Shown: positions 52,347 to 62,458 of the stretch, in pieces | Position numbering within the stretch: the first letter of the stretch is position 1 | Layout: every line of letters starts with the position of its first letter | Assembly (NCBI GenBank): GCA_039591655.1 | Contig: JBDHDE010000003.1 | Coordinates: 1 to 64,000, forward strand | Direction: 5' to 3' | DNA from: Gemmatimonadota bacterium | Lineage (GTDB): Bacteria; Gemmatimonadota; Gemmatimonadetes; Gemmatimonadales; GWC2-71-9 | DNA: 64,000 nt | Notes under the pieces: model-generated | What the model was told of the DNA's origin: nothing | What the model saw: only the letters and a program-made list of their open reading frames with translations | Databases searched by the model: none | Made by a program: the position numbers and the translations under genes

Positions 52347-54032
52347 TTATCTAGGCTGCAGGCCCGATAGCAACTCCGTCTTGGAGAGGCCCCATCCCCC
52401 GGTGCGCTCGAGCTCACGGAGGCCCTCGGCGATCTCGTCCGGTATGTCACGGGCCCGAGGGCCGACCTTCAAGTGGTCGAGGGGAGCCGCATTCGGCTCG
52501 GGGAGGATGACGCCGGGGTTCATGATGCCATCCGGATCGAACGCCTGCTTGACGGCGGCGAACAGCTCCACGACCTCGGGTCCGTAGATTCGCTCGACGA
52601 GCCCGGCCCGCAGCCGGCCGTCGCCGTGTTCCCCGCTGGGGCTGCCGCGAAGCTCGACCAGCAAGTCGGAAACTCGGAGGAGCAGCTCCTCGAGCCGCCC
52701 CTCGAAATCCGGGTCCGTGACGTCCACCAGAGCGTTGATGTGGAGGTGTCCGTCACCCGCGTGTCCGAACGCGACGATCTCGATCCCCAGCCGCGCTGCC
52801 GCCTCGCGCACTCCAAGGAGGTACGCGCCGAGCTGATGGACCGGCACGCACCCGTCCTCGATGACCTGGAGCGAGCGTCGTGTGTCCGGCAGGGTGGCCA
52901 GCACCGGGCTGGCGGCGTGGCGCAGCTTCCAGAGGCGCTCGCGCTCCGTGGGTGTCAGCGCAGGCTCGGCGAACGTACAGAGGTCGGCGGTCTGCTCGAC
53001 CGCCCCCTCGACGACGGCGCGCGCGGCCTCGCCGTCCTCGGCCTCGAAGTCCACTAGCAGCACGGCCGCCGCTCCGCCCTGAGACACGGGCTCCCGCTCC
53101 CCCGCCAGCGCGAGGTACGTTCGGTCGAGGAGCTCGACGGCGGCAGGGGCGAACCCGTTGAGGCGCGTGACCACCTCCCCCAAGGACTCGAGGCCGTCCA
53201 GCCCGAGCAGCAACCCGGCGACGCCGCCGGGCAGCGGGTCGAGCTGGAGCTCCGCCCGGGTGATCACCCCAAGCGTTCCCTCGGAGCCGATCACCAGGTC
53301 GAGGAGATCTCCTGACGCCAGGTAGGAGTCCAGCGCATAGCCACAGGTGTTCTTGCGGATGGCCGGGAACCGCTCTCGGACCGCGGCCTCCGCACGGCCG
53401 ATGTGCTCAGCGGCGTCTCGCTCGAATCGCTGGTGGAACCGTGGTGTGGAGGGGTGGGGCTGGCCTGCGGGCGGTCCACACGTCACCGGGCTGTCGGGAG
53501 CGCCGCGGGCGAGCCATGCGCATTCGCCGTCGGCCGTCACCAGCTCCAGGCCACGCACCCACTGGCGCATGGGCCCGTAGCGTACCGAGCGCGCTCCTGC
53601 GGCGTTGGTGGCGATCATGCCGCCGATGGTGCAGAACTCGCCGCTCGAGGGGTCGGGCGGCAACCGCAGTCCTTCGGGGGCGGCGGCGTCGCTCAGGGCG
53701 CGCCAGGTGACCGCCGCTCCGGCGGCTGCGGTTCCCCGAGTCGAGATGGAGAACGGCTGGCGGAGTCGCTGGAGATCGAGGATCACGCCGCGCCCGACGT
53801 TTCCTCCGGGCATCCCGCTGCCGGCTCCTCTAGGAATCAGGGCCAGTCCTTCCTGAGCCACCCAGCGCACCACTCCTACGACGTCATCCCGATCCGCCGG
53901 AATGGCCACCGCCGCGGGAACCAGCCGGTACGGTCCCGCCCCTTCACTGTAGGCGCAGCGCACCTCGAACTGCGTGAGCCAGCGCCCGCGAAACCCCGGC
54001 GGTGATGGGAGGTCGGCGGAGTTCTTCGCCAT
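52347..54032 (-). CDS. FAD-linked oxidase (GlcD/D-lactate dehydrogenase-like)
   Basis: [58 protein letters not shown]. Confidence 0.88.
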   Translation of the reverse strand: MAKNSADLPSPPGFRGRWLTQFEVRCAYSEGAGPYRLVPAAVAIPADRDDVVGVVRWVAQEGLALIPRGAGSGMPGGNVGRGVILDLQRLRQPFSISTRGTAAAGAAVTWRALSDAAAPEGLRLPPDPSSGEFCTIGGMIATNAAGARSVRYGPMRQWVRGLELVTADGECAWLARGAPDSPVTCGPPAGQPHPSTPRFHQRFERDAAEHIGRAEAAVRERFPAIRKNTCGYALDSYLASGDLLDLVIGSEGTLGVITRAELQLDPLPGGVAGLLLGLDGLESLGEVVTRLNGFAPAAVELLDRTYLALAGEREPVSQGGAAAVLLVDFEAEDGEAARAVVEGAVEQTADLCTFAEPALTPTERERLWKLRHAASPVLATLPDTRRSLQVIEDGCVPVHQLGAYLLGVREAAARLGIEIVAFGHAGDGHLHINALVDVTDPDFEGRLEELLLRVSDLLVELRGSPSGEHGDGRLRAGLVERIYGPEVVELFAAVKQAFDPDGIMNPGVILPEPNAAPLDHLKVGPRARDIPDEIAEGLRELERTGGWGLSKTELLSGLQPR

Positions 54033-55124
54033 CTACGCCGCTGTCCCGGGGTCCGCCGGACCGTTCTCGGAAGGGGGGCGCGTCCATGCGTCCCCGGCGA
54101 GGTGGTGGAAGTACGCCCGCACCAGTCCGTTGCTCGGGGCGATGATCCGGGTCGTCGCGATCGTGCGGTACACTTCGGCCCGGGAGATCTTGACCTTGTG
54201 GTCCGGATCCAGTAGTCGACGGTCGTCTTCGGCGAGGTGGAGGGTGCGGACCGCGAAGTACAGGGACGTGAGACAGAAGAGCCGGACGCCGTACTGCCGC
54301 CGGGGGAGCGTGGTGGAGTACTCCAGTGCGTCCGTGAGATGGCCCTTCGCCTTCGCGATCAGGCTCAGCATGACACGTCGGCCGGCGTCACGGAACCGCG
54401 GATCCTGAAGATCCTCCGGGTGAATCCCTGCGATATCGCACAGCTGCCGCGGCACGAAACTCCAGCCGCGCCGGCGGTCGTCCGCCACGTCCTTGACGAT
54501 GTTGGTGAGCTGGAGCCCTAGTCCGAAACTCGTGGCCAGGGAGCGCAGTCGCTCCCACCGCGCGGCGTCCGCCGGTCCGTCATGCAGCCGGAACAGCTCG
54601 GTGAGGAGATGGCCCACGGTGCCGGCGACGTAGTAGCAGTAGCGGTCCAGCTCGCCCACCGTGGCGAGCGCCTCGAGGTGAGCGCCCGGTCCGCCTTCCG
54701 CGCGGTGGGCGAACTCGGCCATGCCCGCGGTCATCTCCTGGACCCAGGGCCGGACGGCCGTCTGCTGCGCCTCCGGCAGCCGGCGGAACCCCCGCAGCAC
54801 GGCGTCGGCTTCCCGCGCCAACAGCTCTTCATCGGATCGCGGCTCCGCAAAGGCCTCCCGCAGTTGATCGGCGTCCGAGACGGACGATTCGAGGCAGTCT
54901 CTGAAGTGCGCGAACAGACGCTCCTTCTCGCTCGCCGACAGCGTGGGGGAATCCTCGATGGTGTCGGCGATGCGACACAGCAGGTAGGCCACGAGCACCG
55001 GCTGCTCGAGGTCACCAGGCAGCAGCCGTATGCAGATCGCGAAGGTGCGCGACACCTTGGGGAGCATGGCGTCGCCGAACGCGCGATCGTGGGCCGGCGT
55101 CGCTGAGGGGGCGGTGGCGGTCAT
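54033..55124 (-). CDS. Squalene/phytoene synthase family protein (squalene-synthase-like)
   Basis: VSRTFA, YLLCRIADTIED, YCYYVAGTVG, GLQLTNIVKD. Confidence 0.88.
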   Translation of the reverse strand: MTATAPSATPAHDRAFGDAMLPKVSRTFAICIRLLPGDLEQPVLVAYLLCRIADTIEDSPTLSASEKERLFAHFRDCLESSVSDADQLREAFAEPRSDEELLAREADAVLRGFRRLPEAQQTAVRPWVQEMTAGMAEFAHRAEGGPGAHLEALATVGELDRYCYYVAGTVGHLLTELFRLHDGPADAARWERLRSLATSFGLGLQLTNIVKDVADDRRRGWSFVPRQLCDIAGIHPEDLQDPRFRDAGRRVMLSLIAKAKGHLTDALEYSTTLPRRQYGVRLFCLTSLYFAVRTLHLAEDDRRLLDPDHKVKISRAEVYRTIATTRIIAPSNGLVRAYFHHLAGDAWTRPPSENGPADPGTAA

Positions 55125-56359
55125 CGTCTGGACCTCGCCGACCGTGCCCTCCACGGCATCCAATGCGGCAGGAGCAAGCGCCAGGAGAACAGGGTGCGTG
55201 GGTCCACCGTCTCGTCGAGCACGCCGGCGGCCACGCGGCGCAGTGCCGGGTTGCTACGTACTCGTCGCGCGACGAAGTCGGTCACCCAAGGCCGGGAGAT
55301 CCAGTCCTCGGCCACGCGGTAGCCGGCGTACTTGGGGGCGAGTCGGGCCCGCAGCAGCTCGGGGAAGCGCGCCAGGTGCGCGGGCTCGCGGTCGACGAGT
55401 GCGCGGTGCACCTGTCCCGCGGCCACCTCACCCGTCTCCATGGCCTTCCCGACTCCCTCACCCGTGAAGGGGAACGTGGCCCCGACCGTCTCGCCGATGG
55501 CTAGGATGCGCCGCCCCGGGAGCGCCACCTCGCGGTCGAGCCCGCAGCGAAGGCGCGCTCCCTGGAGCGGAGTGACTTCCGCCGCCGCCGCCATCAGATC
55601 ACGGGCAAGCTGGAAGTGTGTCGTGAAGGCCTGGAAGGTGGCGCGCAGGTTCGTCCGCTTCTCATCTCGGTGGTAGAACATGCCGCATCCCACGTTGTAC
55701 TCGCCGCCGCCCAGCGGGAAGATCCAGCCGTACCCAGGCAGGACGGAGCGGTGGAACACGATCACGAGCTCCCGCAGGGAGAGGGATGAGCGCACGTAGC
55801 ACCGCAGGGCAATGGCGCTGGGGGTCCGCCGATGCGTTGTTCCGAGCCGGTCGAGCAAAGCGACGTCCGCTCCCGTAGCCACGATGCCGGCGCGGGCACG
55901 GAACGGAGTTGGGCTGCCGGCAACGGCCGCGGTCACCGTGCCGTCGTCGTGCTCGGTGATACGCTGCACCGGGGCGACGTGAAACACCGCACCGCTGGCC
56001 AGGGCGGCCTGCTGCAACATGAGATCGAGTCGTCGTCGCCGCAGGGTGACGAACTCGCCCTGCAAGTCGACCCGGACACTCGAGGGACTGAAGGCCGACA
56101 GAGTCTCGGTGCGATAGCCGGCGGCCAGCACCTGCTCGAAGAGCCCGGCCCGACGCAGAGCGTTCAACGCATCGGGGATGAGGCCGTCCCCGCAGACCTT
56201 CTCCCGGGGGAAGGGCGAGCGGTCGAGGAGCAGGACCTCGTGTCCCAGCGCGGCGAGCTCCCGCGCAGCGGTCGACCCGGCGGGCCCCGCGCCTACGACG
56301 ATCACGTCCCAGCGCCGAGCGGTGAGGTCGCGGTCCGGCGGGCGCGCTCGTTCGATCAC
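55121..56359 (-). CDS. Geranylgeranyl reductase family FAD oxidoreductase
   Basis: VVGAGPAG, FPREKVCGDG, GYGWIFP, PFTGEG; GTGA/ATGA overlaps. Confidence 0.88.
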   Translation of the reverse strand: MIERARPPDRDLTARRWDVIVVGAGPAGSTAARELAALGHEVLLLDRSPFPREKVCGDGLIPDALNALRRAGLFEQVLAAGYRTETLSAFSPSSVRVDLQGEFVTLRRRRLDLMLQQAALASGAVFHVAPVQRITEHDDGTVTAAVAGSPTPFRARAGIVATGADVALLDRLGTTHRRTPSAIALRCYVRSSLSLRELVIVFHRSVLPGYGWIFPLGGGEYNVGCGMFYHRDEKRTNLRATFQAFTTHFQLARDLMAAAAEVTPLQGARLRCGLDREVALPGRRILAIGETVGATFPFTGEGVGKAMETGEVAAGQVHRALVDREPAHLARFPELLRARLAPKYAGYRVAEDWISRPWVTDFVARRVRSNPALRRVAAGVLDETVDPRTLFSWRLLLPHWMPWRARSARSRR

Positions 56360-56922
56360 GGTGAGGCGCCCGGAAAGCGCACCCTCACGGCGTCCAGGAC
56401 ACGGCGGAGGATCTGGTCGCCGCCATGACCGGGGGGTACCATGACCTCCAGCTCCCTCGGCGGAAGCGACGGATCCACCATGTGTCGCAGTACGGCCTCG
56501 GACACCAGCTCGGTCTCGCCCTGCCGTACGGGGTCGGCGAAGAACCGGAGTCGCACGACGCGCTCGGGATCCAGGGTGTTCTCGCTCCCTGAGCGCCGCG
56601 CCACGACATCGTACCACTCCGTCTCGAGGTAGCCCTCGATCGGGCTGTTCCAGCGGATCGCCAGGCCTTCGACCGTAACGAGCCCCGCGATCTCGGTGAT
56701 CACGTCCTCCGGTGAGGCCCGGAGCGTGTCACGGAGCGCGTCGGGCAGCGGTCGCAGGTACGGGCGGACGGCGCCCGCCGTGCACCCAGCCGAGATCGCG
56801 ATGAGGGTGAGCGCCGCCAGCAGCAGCGACGTTCCCCCGGCACCCCCGCGCCGGCCGCCGCGTCTACTCGTGCTCGTGTGGCGGGGTGCCGGGCGGGTCG
56901 ACGTGGTCTGCCGTGTCCGCAT
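56356..56922 (-). CDS. Hypothetical lipoprotein
   Basis: Lipobox ISAGC; GYLETEWYD; ATG at 56922 has GGAGAGG but overlaps the upstream gene, so the start is uncertain. Confidence 0.6.
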   Translation of the reverse strand: MRTRQTTSTRPAPRHTSTSRRGGRRGGAGGTSLLLAALTLIAISAGCTAGAVRPYLRPLPDALRDTLRASPEDVITEIAGLVTVEGLAIRWNSPIEGYLETEWYDVVARRSGSENTLDPERVVRLRFFADPVRQGETELVSEAVLRHMVDPSLPPRELEVMVPPGHGGDQILRRVLDAVRVRFPGASP

Positions 56923-57436
56923 CGGCCTCTCCTTCCTGTGCCTCATCCGGTCCGTGGGTGTGGCCCGTCGTGCGCTCAGCGAGGGCGCCCTCCAGCACTT
57001 GGGTGGGAATGCCACCCCCATATCCGTACACGATCGTGCCGCCGACGTGTGCCGTCCAGAGGATCCCCAGCGCTCCGATAGCGGCGATGGTGAGATAGGC
57101 CCGCCGCTCCCTGCGACGCAGCGCCCCGCCGCGCCAGATGCGCCATGCCGCGAGGATCACGAACACCACCGTGAGCGTTATGGCGAGGGTCTCGTGCCGC
57201 TCCATGACCAAGTGCACGCCGCCGCCATGCTCTATCGTCTCTTCGGCCAGCAGGCCGGAGATCACGCTGAGGACCGCGCCCGCGGCGCCGACTACCAGCA
57301 TCCAGAATCCCGTTGCCCGCAGGGAATCGCGCCCGGTTGCGTCGCCCGCCAGCTCGAAAGCCACCGCGAGAATGAACAGAACCGACGGGATGTCGTTCAG
57401 CGCCGCGTGCCACTGTGCGGCCGTTTCAGGAAGCAT
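56864..57436 (-). CDS. DUF2231-like membrane protein with His-containing tail
   Basis: WHAALNDIP, four TM helices, SGLLAE, RHETLA, AHVGGTIVYGYG. Confidence 0.75.
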   Translation of the reverse strand: MLPETAAQWHAALNDIPSVLFILAVAFELAGDATGRDSLRATGFWMLVVGAAGAVLSVISGLLAEETIEHGGGVHLVMERHETLAITLTVVFVILAAWRIWRGGALRRRERRAYLTIAAIGALGILWTAHVGGTIVYGYGGGIPTQVLEGALAERTTGHTHGPDEAQEGEADADTADHVDPPGTPPHEHE

Positions 57437-57499
57437 GCTCGGGGCCCCAGTATGTGATAGTGGGTAGGATGATTGCTGGCAGTATGATGGCGCCGCCCC

Positions 57500-58327
57500 T
57501 CACGACCGGAACGTCTTCTTGATCTCGTCGGCGATGCGGAGGAAGGCGCTCTGGCGCGGCCCGCCGAGCTCGGGCGTGGTCTCGATCTCGCCGTGCTCCA
57601 GGCGGTCGATGACCTGCTCGAGTCCCACATGAACGCGCTCGAGCTGCGCCCGTCGGCGCCGCGCCGTCACGAATCCCAGCAGCGCGCCCAGGGCCACCGG
57701 AATGAGGGCGACCGGCAGAACCACGTTGAGCGTCACGCCTACGACGGTTGCCACGGCCCCCAGGCCGGCGAGGGTCGCGGCACCGGCGAGGTGGCCGGCA
57801 CGCGTGTTGGAGAGGTCTGCCAGGAGTTGCACATGGCAGCGCCCCTCCTCCAGGGGTACGACCTGCCCCACGACTTCCTTGGCTCTGGAGAGCTCGTACG
57901 AGCGACCGCCCATCTGCAGCCCGCGCTTGAGCGAGGAGAACATGTCCTGACGGGCCTCCCACGACGTCTGCTCGGGGTAGCGCCGCCTCACCGCCAGCAG
58001 CTCGCCCTCGGTCATCCACTTGTTGAGCGCCTCCCGCACTTGCCGGGCCTCCCCGGGGATGGTGCGTTGCGCCGCGAGACGGGCCGGGCCAGCCAGCCAT
58101 GCCTTCACTCCGGGCTCAGCACCGGCAACGGCCCTCGTGCGCTCCTCGAGGAGGGCCCGCTGCAGATAGCTCGAGGGGATGCCGACGTCCAGCCCGAGCT
58201 GCAGCAACTCCTGCTCGGTGAGCCCCTCGCCGATGTCTCGTTCGCCTGCCTGTAGCTCCGCCGCGCGCCGAATGATCCGCTCCAGCGCCGCTCGGTCGAT
58301 TCGCGAATGGGGAACGAGATCGTGCAT
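57500..58327 (-). CDS. Hypothetical membrane protein
   Basis: ERIIRRAAELQ...GLTEQELLQLG.DVGI; C-terminal TM pair. Confidence 0.7.
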   Translation of the reverse strand: MHDLVPHSRIDRAALERIIRRAAELQAGERDIGEGLTEQELLQLGLDVGIPSSYLQRALLEERTRAVAGAEPGVKAWLAGPARLAAQRTIPGEARQVREALNKWMTEGELLAVRRRYPEQTSWEARQDMFSSLKRGLQMGGRSYELSRAKEVVGQVVPLEEGRCHVQLLADLSNTRAGHLAGAATLAGLGAVATVVGVTLNVVLPVALIPVALGALLGFVTARRRRAQLERVHVGLEQVIDRLEHGEIETTPELGGPRQSAFLRIADEIKKTFRS

Positions 58328-58331
58328 CGTT

Positions 58332-59537
58332 TCAGTACGCCTCGACGATCACCGCCGCGCCCTGGCCGCCGCCGATACAGGCCGACCCGAGTCCGTAGCG
58401 CTTGCGGGCCTGCCGCAGGGCATGCAACAGGTGAATGGTGATGCGGGTGCCGCTCGCCGCAAGGGGGTGGCCGATGGCGATGGCGCCGCCGTGCACGTTG
58501 GTGCGCTCCCGATCGAGCCCCAGCTCTCTCTCGACGGCGACGTACTGCGGCGCGAAGGCCTCGTTGACCTCGATGAGATCCATGTCCTCGAGCTTCATCC
58601 CCGCCGCGGCCAGCGCCTTCCTGGCCGCCGGGACCGGGCCGATTCCCATGTACTTGGGCTCGACGCCGGCGACGCCCCAGGCCACCAGCCGGCCCAACGG
58701 CTGGAGCCCGAGATCTCGGGCCGTGCTCTCGCCGCCAACGACCGCAGCCGCCGCGCCGTCGCAGATGCCCGACGCATTACCGGCCGTCACCAATCCGTCC
58801 GCCTTGAAATATGGCGGCAGGGCACCCAATCCCTCGAGTGTCGAGTCCGGGCGCATGTGCTCGTCCGCCCTCCAGTCGACCACCTGCTTGGTCTTGCGGT
58901 CCGGGATGGGGACCGGGATCACCTCGGGGTCGAAGACGCCATCGTCCCAGGCCCGCTTGGCGCGCTCCTGGCTGAGGAGAGCGTAAGCGTCCACGTCCTC
59001 ACGCTTGAGGGCGTGCTTCTCGGCGAGGTTCTCTGCCGTCTCCGCCATCGAGAGGCCGCACTGCGGGTCGCGTAGAGCTTCCCACAGTGAGTCCTCCAGG
59101 GGCGGCACCGGCCCCAGGCGAAGGCCCCAGCGCGCGCCGCGCAACACGTGCGGCGCCTGGCTCATCGACTCGGTGCCACCGGTCAGCACCACACGGGACT
59201 CGTCCAGCAGGATCTGCTGCGCGGCCAGGATGATGGACTCGAAGCCCGAGCCGCAGAGGCGATTCACCGTCACCGCGGGTACCTCGACGGGCAGGCCGGC
59301 CTGAAGGCCGACGTGGCGTGCCAGGTAGATGGCATCGGCCGACGTCTGCTGTGCGTTGCCGAATACGACGTGGTCCACCTGATCTGGCTCTACCCCTGCC
59401 CGCTCGAGGGCGTGCCGGGCGGCGACGGCGCCGAGCCGGGTTGCGGAGTGGTCCCTGAGAGTGCCGCCGAACTTGCCGAAACCCGTGCGCACGCCGGAGA
59501 GAAAGACGATGTCCTGGTGCTTGCCCTGAGTCTTCAT
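58332..59537 (-). CDS. Acetyl-CoA C-acyltransferase (thiolase)
   Basis: NRLCGSG, GNASG, NEAFA, GHPLAASG, CIGGGQG. Confidence 0.95.
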   Translation of the reverse strand: MKTQGKHQDIVFLSGVRTGFGKFGGTLRDHSATRLGAVAARHALERAGVEPDQVDHVVFGNAQQTSADAIYLARHVGLQAGLPVEVPAVTVNRLCGSGFESIILAAQQILLDESRVVLTGGTESMSQAPHVLRGARWGLRLGPVPPLEDSLWEALRDPQCGLSMAETAENLAEKHALKREDVDAYALLSQERAKRAWDDGVFDPEVIPVPIPDRKTKQVVDWRADEHMRPDSTLEGLGALPPYFKADGLVTAGNASGICDGAAAAVVGGESTARDLGLQPLGRLVAWGVAGVEPKYMGIGPVPAARKALAAAGMKLEDMDLIEVNEAFAPQYVAVERELGLDRERTNVHGGAIAIGHPLAASGTRITIHLLHALRQARKRYGLGSACIGGGQGAAVIVEAY

Positions 59538-59630
59538 GCGGGAGGTCCTCGATCGCTGCTGCGGGATCAATCGGGAAGGAGCAAATATAACCCTGGTACC
59601 CGAGGGCCCCAGGTCCGTTCGCGGCTGCGA

Positions 59631-60692
59631 TCAGGTGACGTACTCGGTGATCCAGCGTCCCACGTCTGCGGTGGATAGCGCGCCACCGAGATCGGCCGTG
59701 GTGACGCCCTCGTGCAACGCGGCGCGCACGGCCTCCTCAAGCCGGCGGGCGCCGTGCGGAGCGCCGAGCTGCTCCAGCATGAGGGCGCCGGTCAACACTG
59801 CGGCCAGCGGGTTAGCGACGCCCTTGCCGGCGAGCGGGGGCGCCGAGCCGTGCACCGGCTCGAACAAGCCGGGCCGGCCGGGGTGGAGGTTCGCGCTCGC
59901 CGCGAGGCCCAATCCCCCGACGAGTCCGGCGGCCAGATCCGACAGGATGTCGCCGAACAGATTGTTCGTCACGATGACCTGGAAGCGCTCGGGGACGCGT
60001 ACCAGCTCCATGGCCAGAACATCTACGTAGCGGTGCTCCCGCTCGATCTGCGGGTACCTGCCGCCCACCTCCTCGAACAGCCGTTGCCACAGCTGGTGCA
60101 TCGGCACGGCGTTCGACTTGTCGCTCATGGTGACGCGCCCTCTCCCCTGCTCCGTGGCCCAGGTGAACGCCGCCTCCAGGATCCGTTTGACGCGGCGTCC
60201 AGTGTGCACCTCCTCGGCGATCTGCTCTTCGTTCTCGGTACCCACATCTGTGCTGCGGCCGCGGCCCAGGTAGAAGCCCTCGGTGTTCTCCCGGAAGATG
60301 ACCAGGTCTATGCGGCGCTCGCCCTCGGCACCGGGTTTGAGGGGACACAGCGCGGGGTGCAGCAGCCGGCAGGGGCGGAAGTTGACGTACAGGTCCAGCT
60401 TGATCCGGAGCCCCAAGAGGATGTCCCGCGCGTGCAGGCTGTCGGGGATCCGCGGATCGCCCAGGGCGCCCAGGAAGATGGCGTCCACGTCGTCCCGCAG
60501 ATGGCGGAACGCGCTCTCGGGCAGCGTCTCGCCGGTGGCGAGGTAGTGGTCGGCCCCGTACGGCAGGCGCTCCCACTCGAGCGTCACGCCGTCGAGCGTC
60601 GCGGCGCGCTCGAGGGCGGGGATGGCTGCGTCGATGACCTCCGGACCGATACCGTCGCCGGGGATGACCGCGACGCTTGCGCTACGCGCCAA
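59631..60692 (-). CDS. Isocitrate/isopropylmalate dehydrogenase family (3-IPM dehydrogenase-like)
   Basis: IPGDGIGPEV, RENTEG, NNLFGDILSD, EPVHGSAP; TTG start. Confidence 0.9.
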   Translation of the reverse strand: MARSASVAVIPGDGIGPEVIDAAIPALERAATLDGVTLEWERLPYGADHYLATGETLPESAFRHLRDDVDAIFLGALGDPRIPDSLHARDILLGLRIKLDLYVNFRPCRLLHPALCPLKPGAEGERRIDLVIFRENTEGFYLGRGRSTDVGTENEEQIAEEVHTGRRVKRILEAAFTWATEQGRGRVTMSDKSNAVPMHQLWQRLFEEVGGRYPQIEREHRYVDVLAMELVRVPERFQVIVTNNLFGDILSDLAAGLVGGLGLAASANLHPGRPGLFEPVHGSAPPLAGKGVANPLAAVLTGALMLEQLGAPHGARRLEEAVRAALHEGVTTADLGGALSTADVGRWITEYVT

Positions 60693-60696
60693 GGTG

Positions 60697-61347
60697 CTAC
60701 TCCGACACGGTCTGCCCGCAGGTCCCGCAGAACTGCCAACCGGGCTCCAGGGGATCGCCGCACCGGGCGCACCGGGACTCCTCCAGCTGCTGCCCACAGA
60801 AGGGGCAGAAGATCACGCGCCTCCCCCCGGGGAGCTCCTCCTGGCAGTGCGGGCAGGTGACCTCGACGGCCTCGAACACCAGCCCGCCCCCGCTGCCGGC
60901 GGGCTCCGGCTCCGGCGGGCTCGACGGCTCGGGCTCCGTCACCTCGGGAGGGGCGTACTCCGAATCCTCGGTGGCGGGCTCCGGCGGCGCGTACGCCGCC
61001 TTCTCGTCCAGCACCGAGCGCACTGCCCCGTGGCTCAACCGTACGGTGGCCGCGGCGAAGTCGCGAAAAGCACCGGGGTTGGGATTGACCGACTCCGACT
61101 CCAGCACGAAGGTCTCCTGTACGTTTACCGGCTCGACAGCGGCGTAGCCCCGCTCGCCCGACAGGAGCCGCAGCAATGCCATCTCGTAGTCCTCGATGGA
61201 GTCGAGCTTGAGGGAGCGTCGGTGGCCCCGATAGGGGATGATGTTCTGGTACAGCTCGGCGATCTCGAACGGCGAGCGCAGGCGCTCCGGGGCCTCCGTC
61301 GCCAAGTGGTTGACGAGGTGGCGGAACAGGCGGTCGAGATCGTCCAT
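60697..61347 (-). CDS. Double zinc-ribbon domain protein
   Basis: CPHC, CPFC, CARC, CGTC at the C-terminus after a Pro/Glu-rich linker. Confidence 0.8.
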   Translation of the reverse strand: MDDLDRLFRHLVNHLATEAPERLRSPFEIAELYQNIIPYRGHRRSLKLDSIEDYEMALLRLLSGERGYAAVEPVNVQETFVLESESVNPNPGAFRDFAAATVRLSHGAVRSVLDEKAAYAPPEPATEDSEYAPPEVTEPEPSSPPEPEPAGSGGGLVFEAVEVTCPHCQEELPGGRRVIFCPFCGQQLEESRCARCGDPLEPGWQFCGTCGQTVSE

Positions 61348-61358
61348 AGGCCGCGTGC

Positions 61359-61859
61359 TCAGCGCCACTCGCCGGCCCAGCGATCGTAATGCACTGGGGC
61401 GACGCCCGCCGTGGCCAGGAGCTCGACGCCGCTGGGGTCGCGGTACCTCCGGCGGAAGAAGACGTGCGTGACTCCGGAGTTGATCATGGCCTTGGCGCAG
61501 GCCACGCAGGGACTATCGGTCAGGAACACGACCTTGTCGCGTATGCCGCCGGGCGCCTTCACCATGGCGTTGATCTCGGAGTGAATGCAGCCGCAACTCC
61601 CCGGCACCGCGGAGTCACACCGGTTGGGGAACCCCTTGGCGTTCCCGTTGTACCCGATGGCTACCACGTTCTCGAGCTGCGCATCCGTGATCACCGTCCC
61701 GACCTGGAGCCGGGCGCAGGTGGACCGCTTCGCGAGCTCCTCCGCCATGCGCATGTACACCTCGTACAGCGGGATCCGGTCGCGCTGCGGCTCGCTGCCG
61801 TCCGGGAGGAGGTTGAGCGGGTGCGTGTTGTCCGGCACCCCGTCCTTGTAGACCGTCAT
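61359..61859 (-). CDS. dCMP deaminase family protein
   Basis: RSTC.R.QVG, GYNG, IHSE, SPCVAC. Confidence 0.88.
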   Translation of the reverse strand: MTVYKDGVPDNTHPLNLLPDGSEPQRDRIPLYEVYMRMAEELAKRSTCARLQVGTVITDAQLENVVAIGYNGNAKGFPNRCDSAVPGSCGCIHSEINAMVKAPGGIRDKVVFLTDSPCVACAKAMINSGVTHVFFRRRYRDPSGVELLATAGVAPVHYDRWAGEWR

Positions 61860-62458
61860 ACGCGGCTCATCGATTCGAGTTCGACGAACGTCCCGTCGGG
61901 GTCGTAGTCGGTGAACTTACCCTTGGCGCGCCCCTCAGCCAGCCACTCCCCGAACCGGGAGGGCACGGCACCCTGCGAGTGCACCTGCTCCCGGGCGGCC
62001 CACATCGCGAGGTCGTTGACGTACTCGTTCTTGGGATGTCCGGCGTGGCCCCTGACCCACTCCCACACCGGCTCGTGACCTTCGGTGGCCTGCACCAGCT
62101 TCTGCCACAGCTCGAGGTTCTCGATCTTGCCGCCCTTGCGACGCCACCCCCGCTCCTGCCAGCCTCGCACCCACTCCCGCATACCCTTCACGAGGTACTC
62201 CGAATCGGATACGTAGACCACCCGGAAGCGGTTGCCCTTCTGACTGAGGAGGGCAAGCGTGGCGACGGCGCCGGCTAGCGCCATGCGGTTGTTGGTGGTG
62301 TCGGGCGACGAGATGTAGACGTCGCGGCGGGCGATCGTCCCGCGCGAGCGCACCTCAATGAGCGCCCCGGCCCCTCCGGGATTGGGGCCTTCGAGGCCGT
62401 TGCGCAGACAGCTCTCGTCGGCATGGACCACTGCGGTGAACAGCTTCTTCCTAGGCAT
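61856..62458 (-). CDS. rnhA: Ribonuclease HI with atypical active site
   Basis: ADESC, NPGG, TTNNRMAL, SDSEY, NLELW, WVRGHAGH, NEYVND. Confidence 0.85.
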   Translation of the reverse strand: MPRKKLFTAVVHADESCLRNGLEGPNPGGAGALIEVRSRGTIARRDVYISSPDTTNNRMALAGAVATLALLSQKGNRFRVVYVSDSEYLVKGMREWVRGWQERGWRRKGGKIENLELWQKLVQATEGHEPVWEWVRGHAGHPKNEYVNDLAMWAAREQVHSQGAVPSRFGEWLAEGRAKGKFTDYDPDGTFVELESMSRV

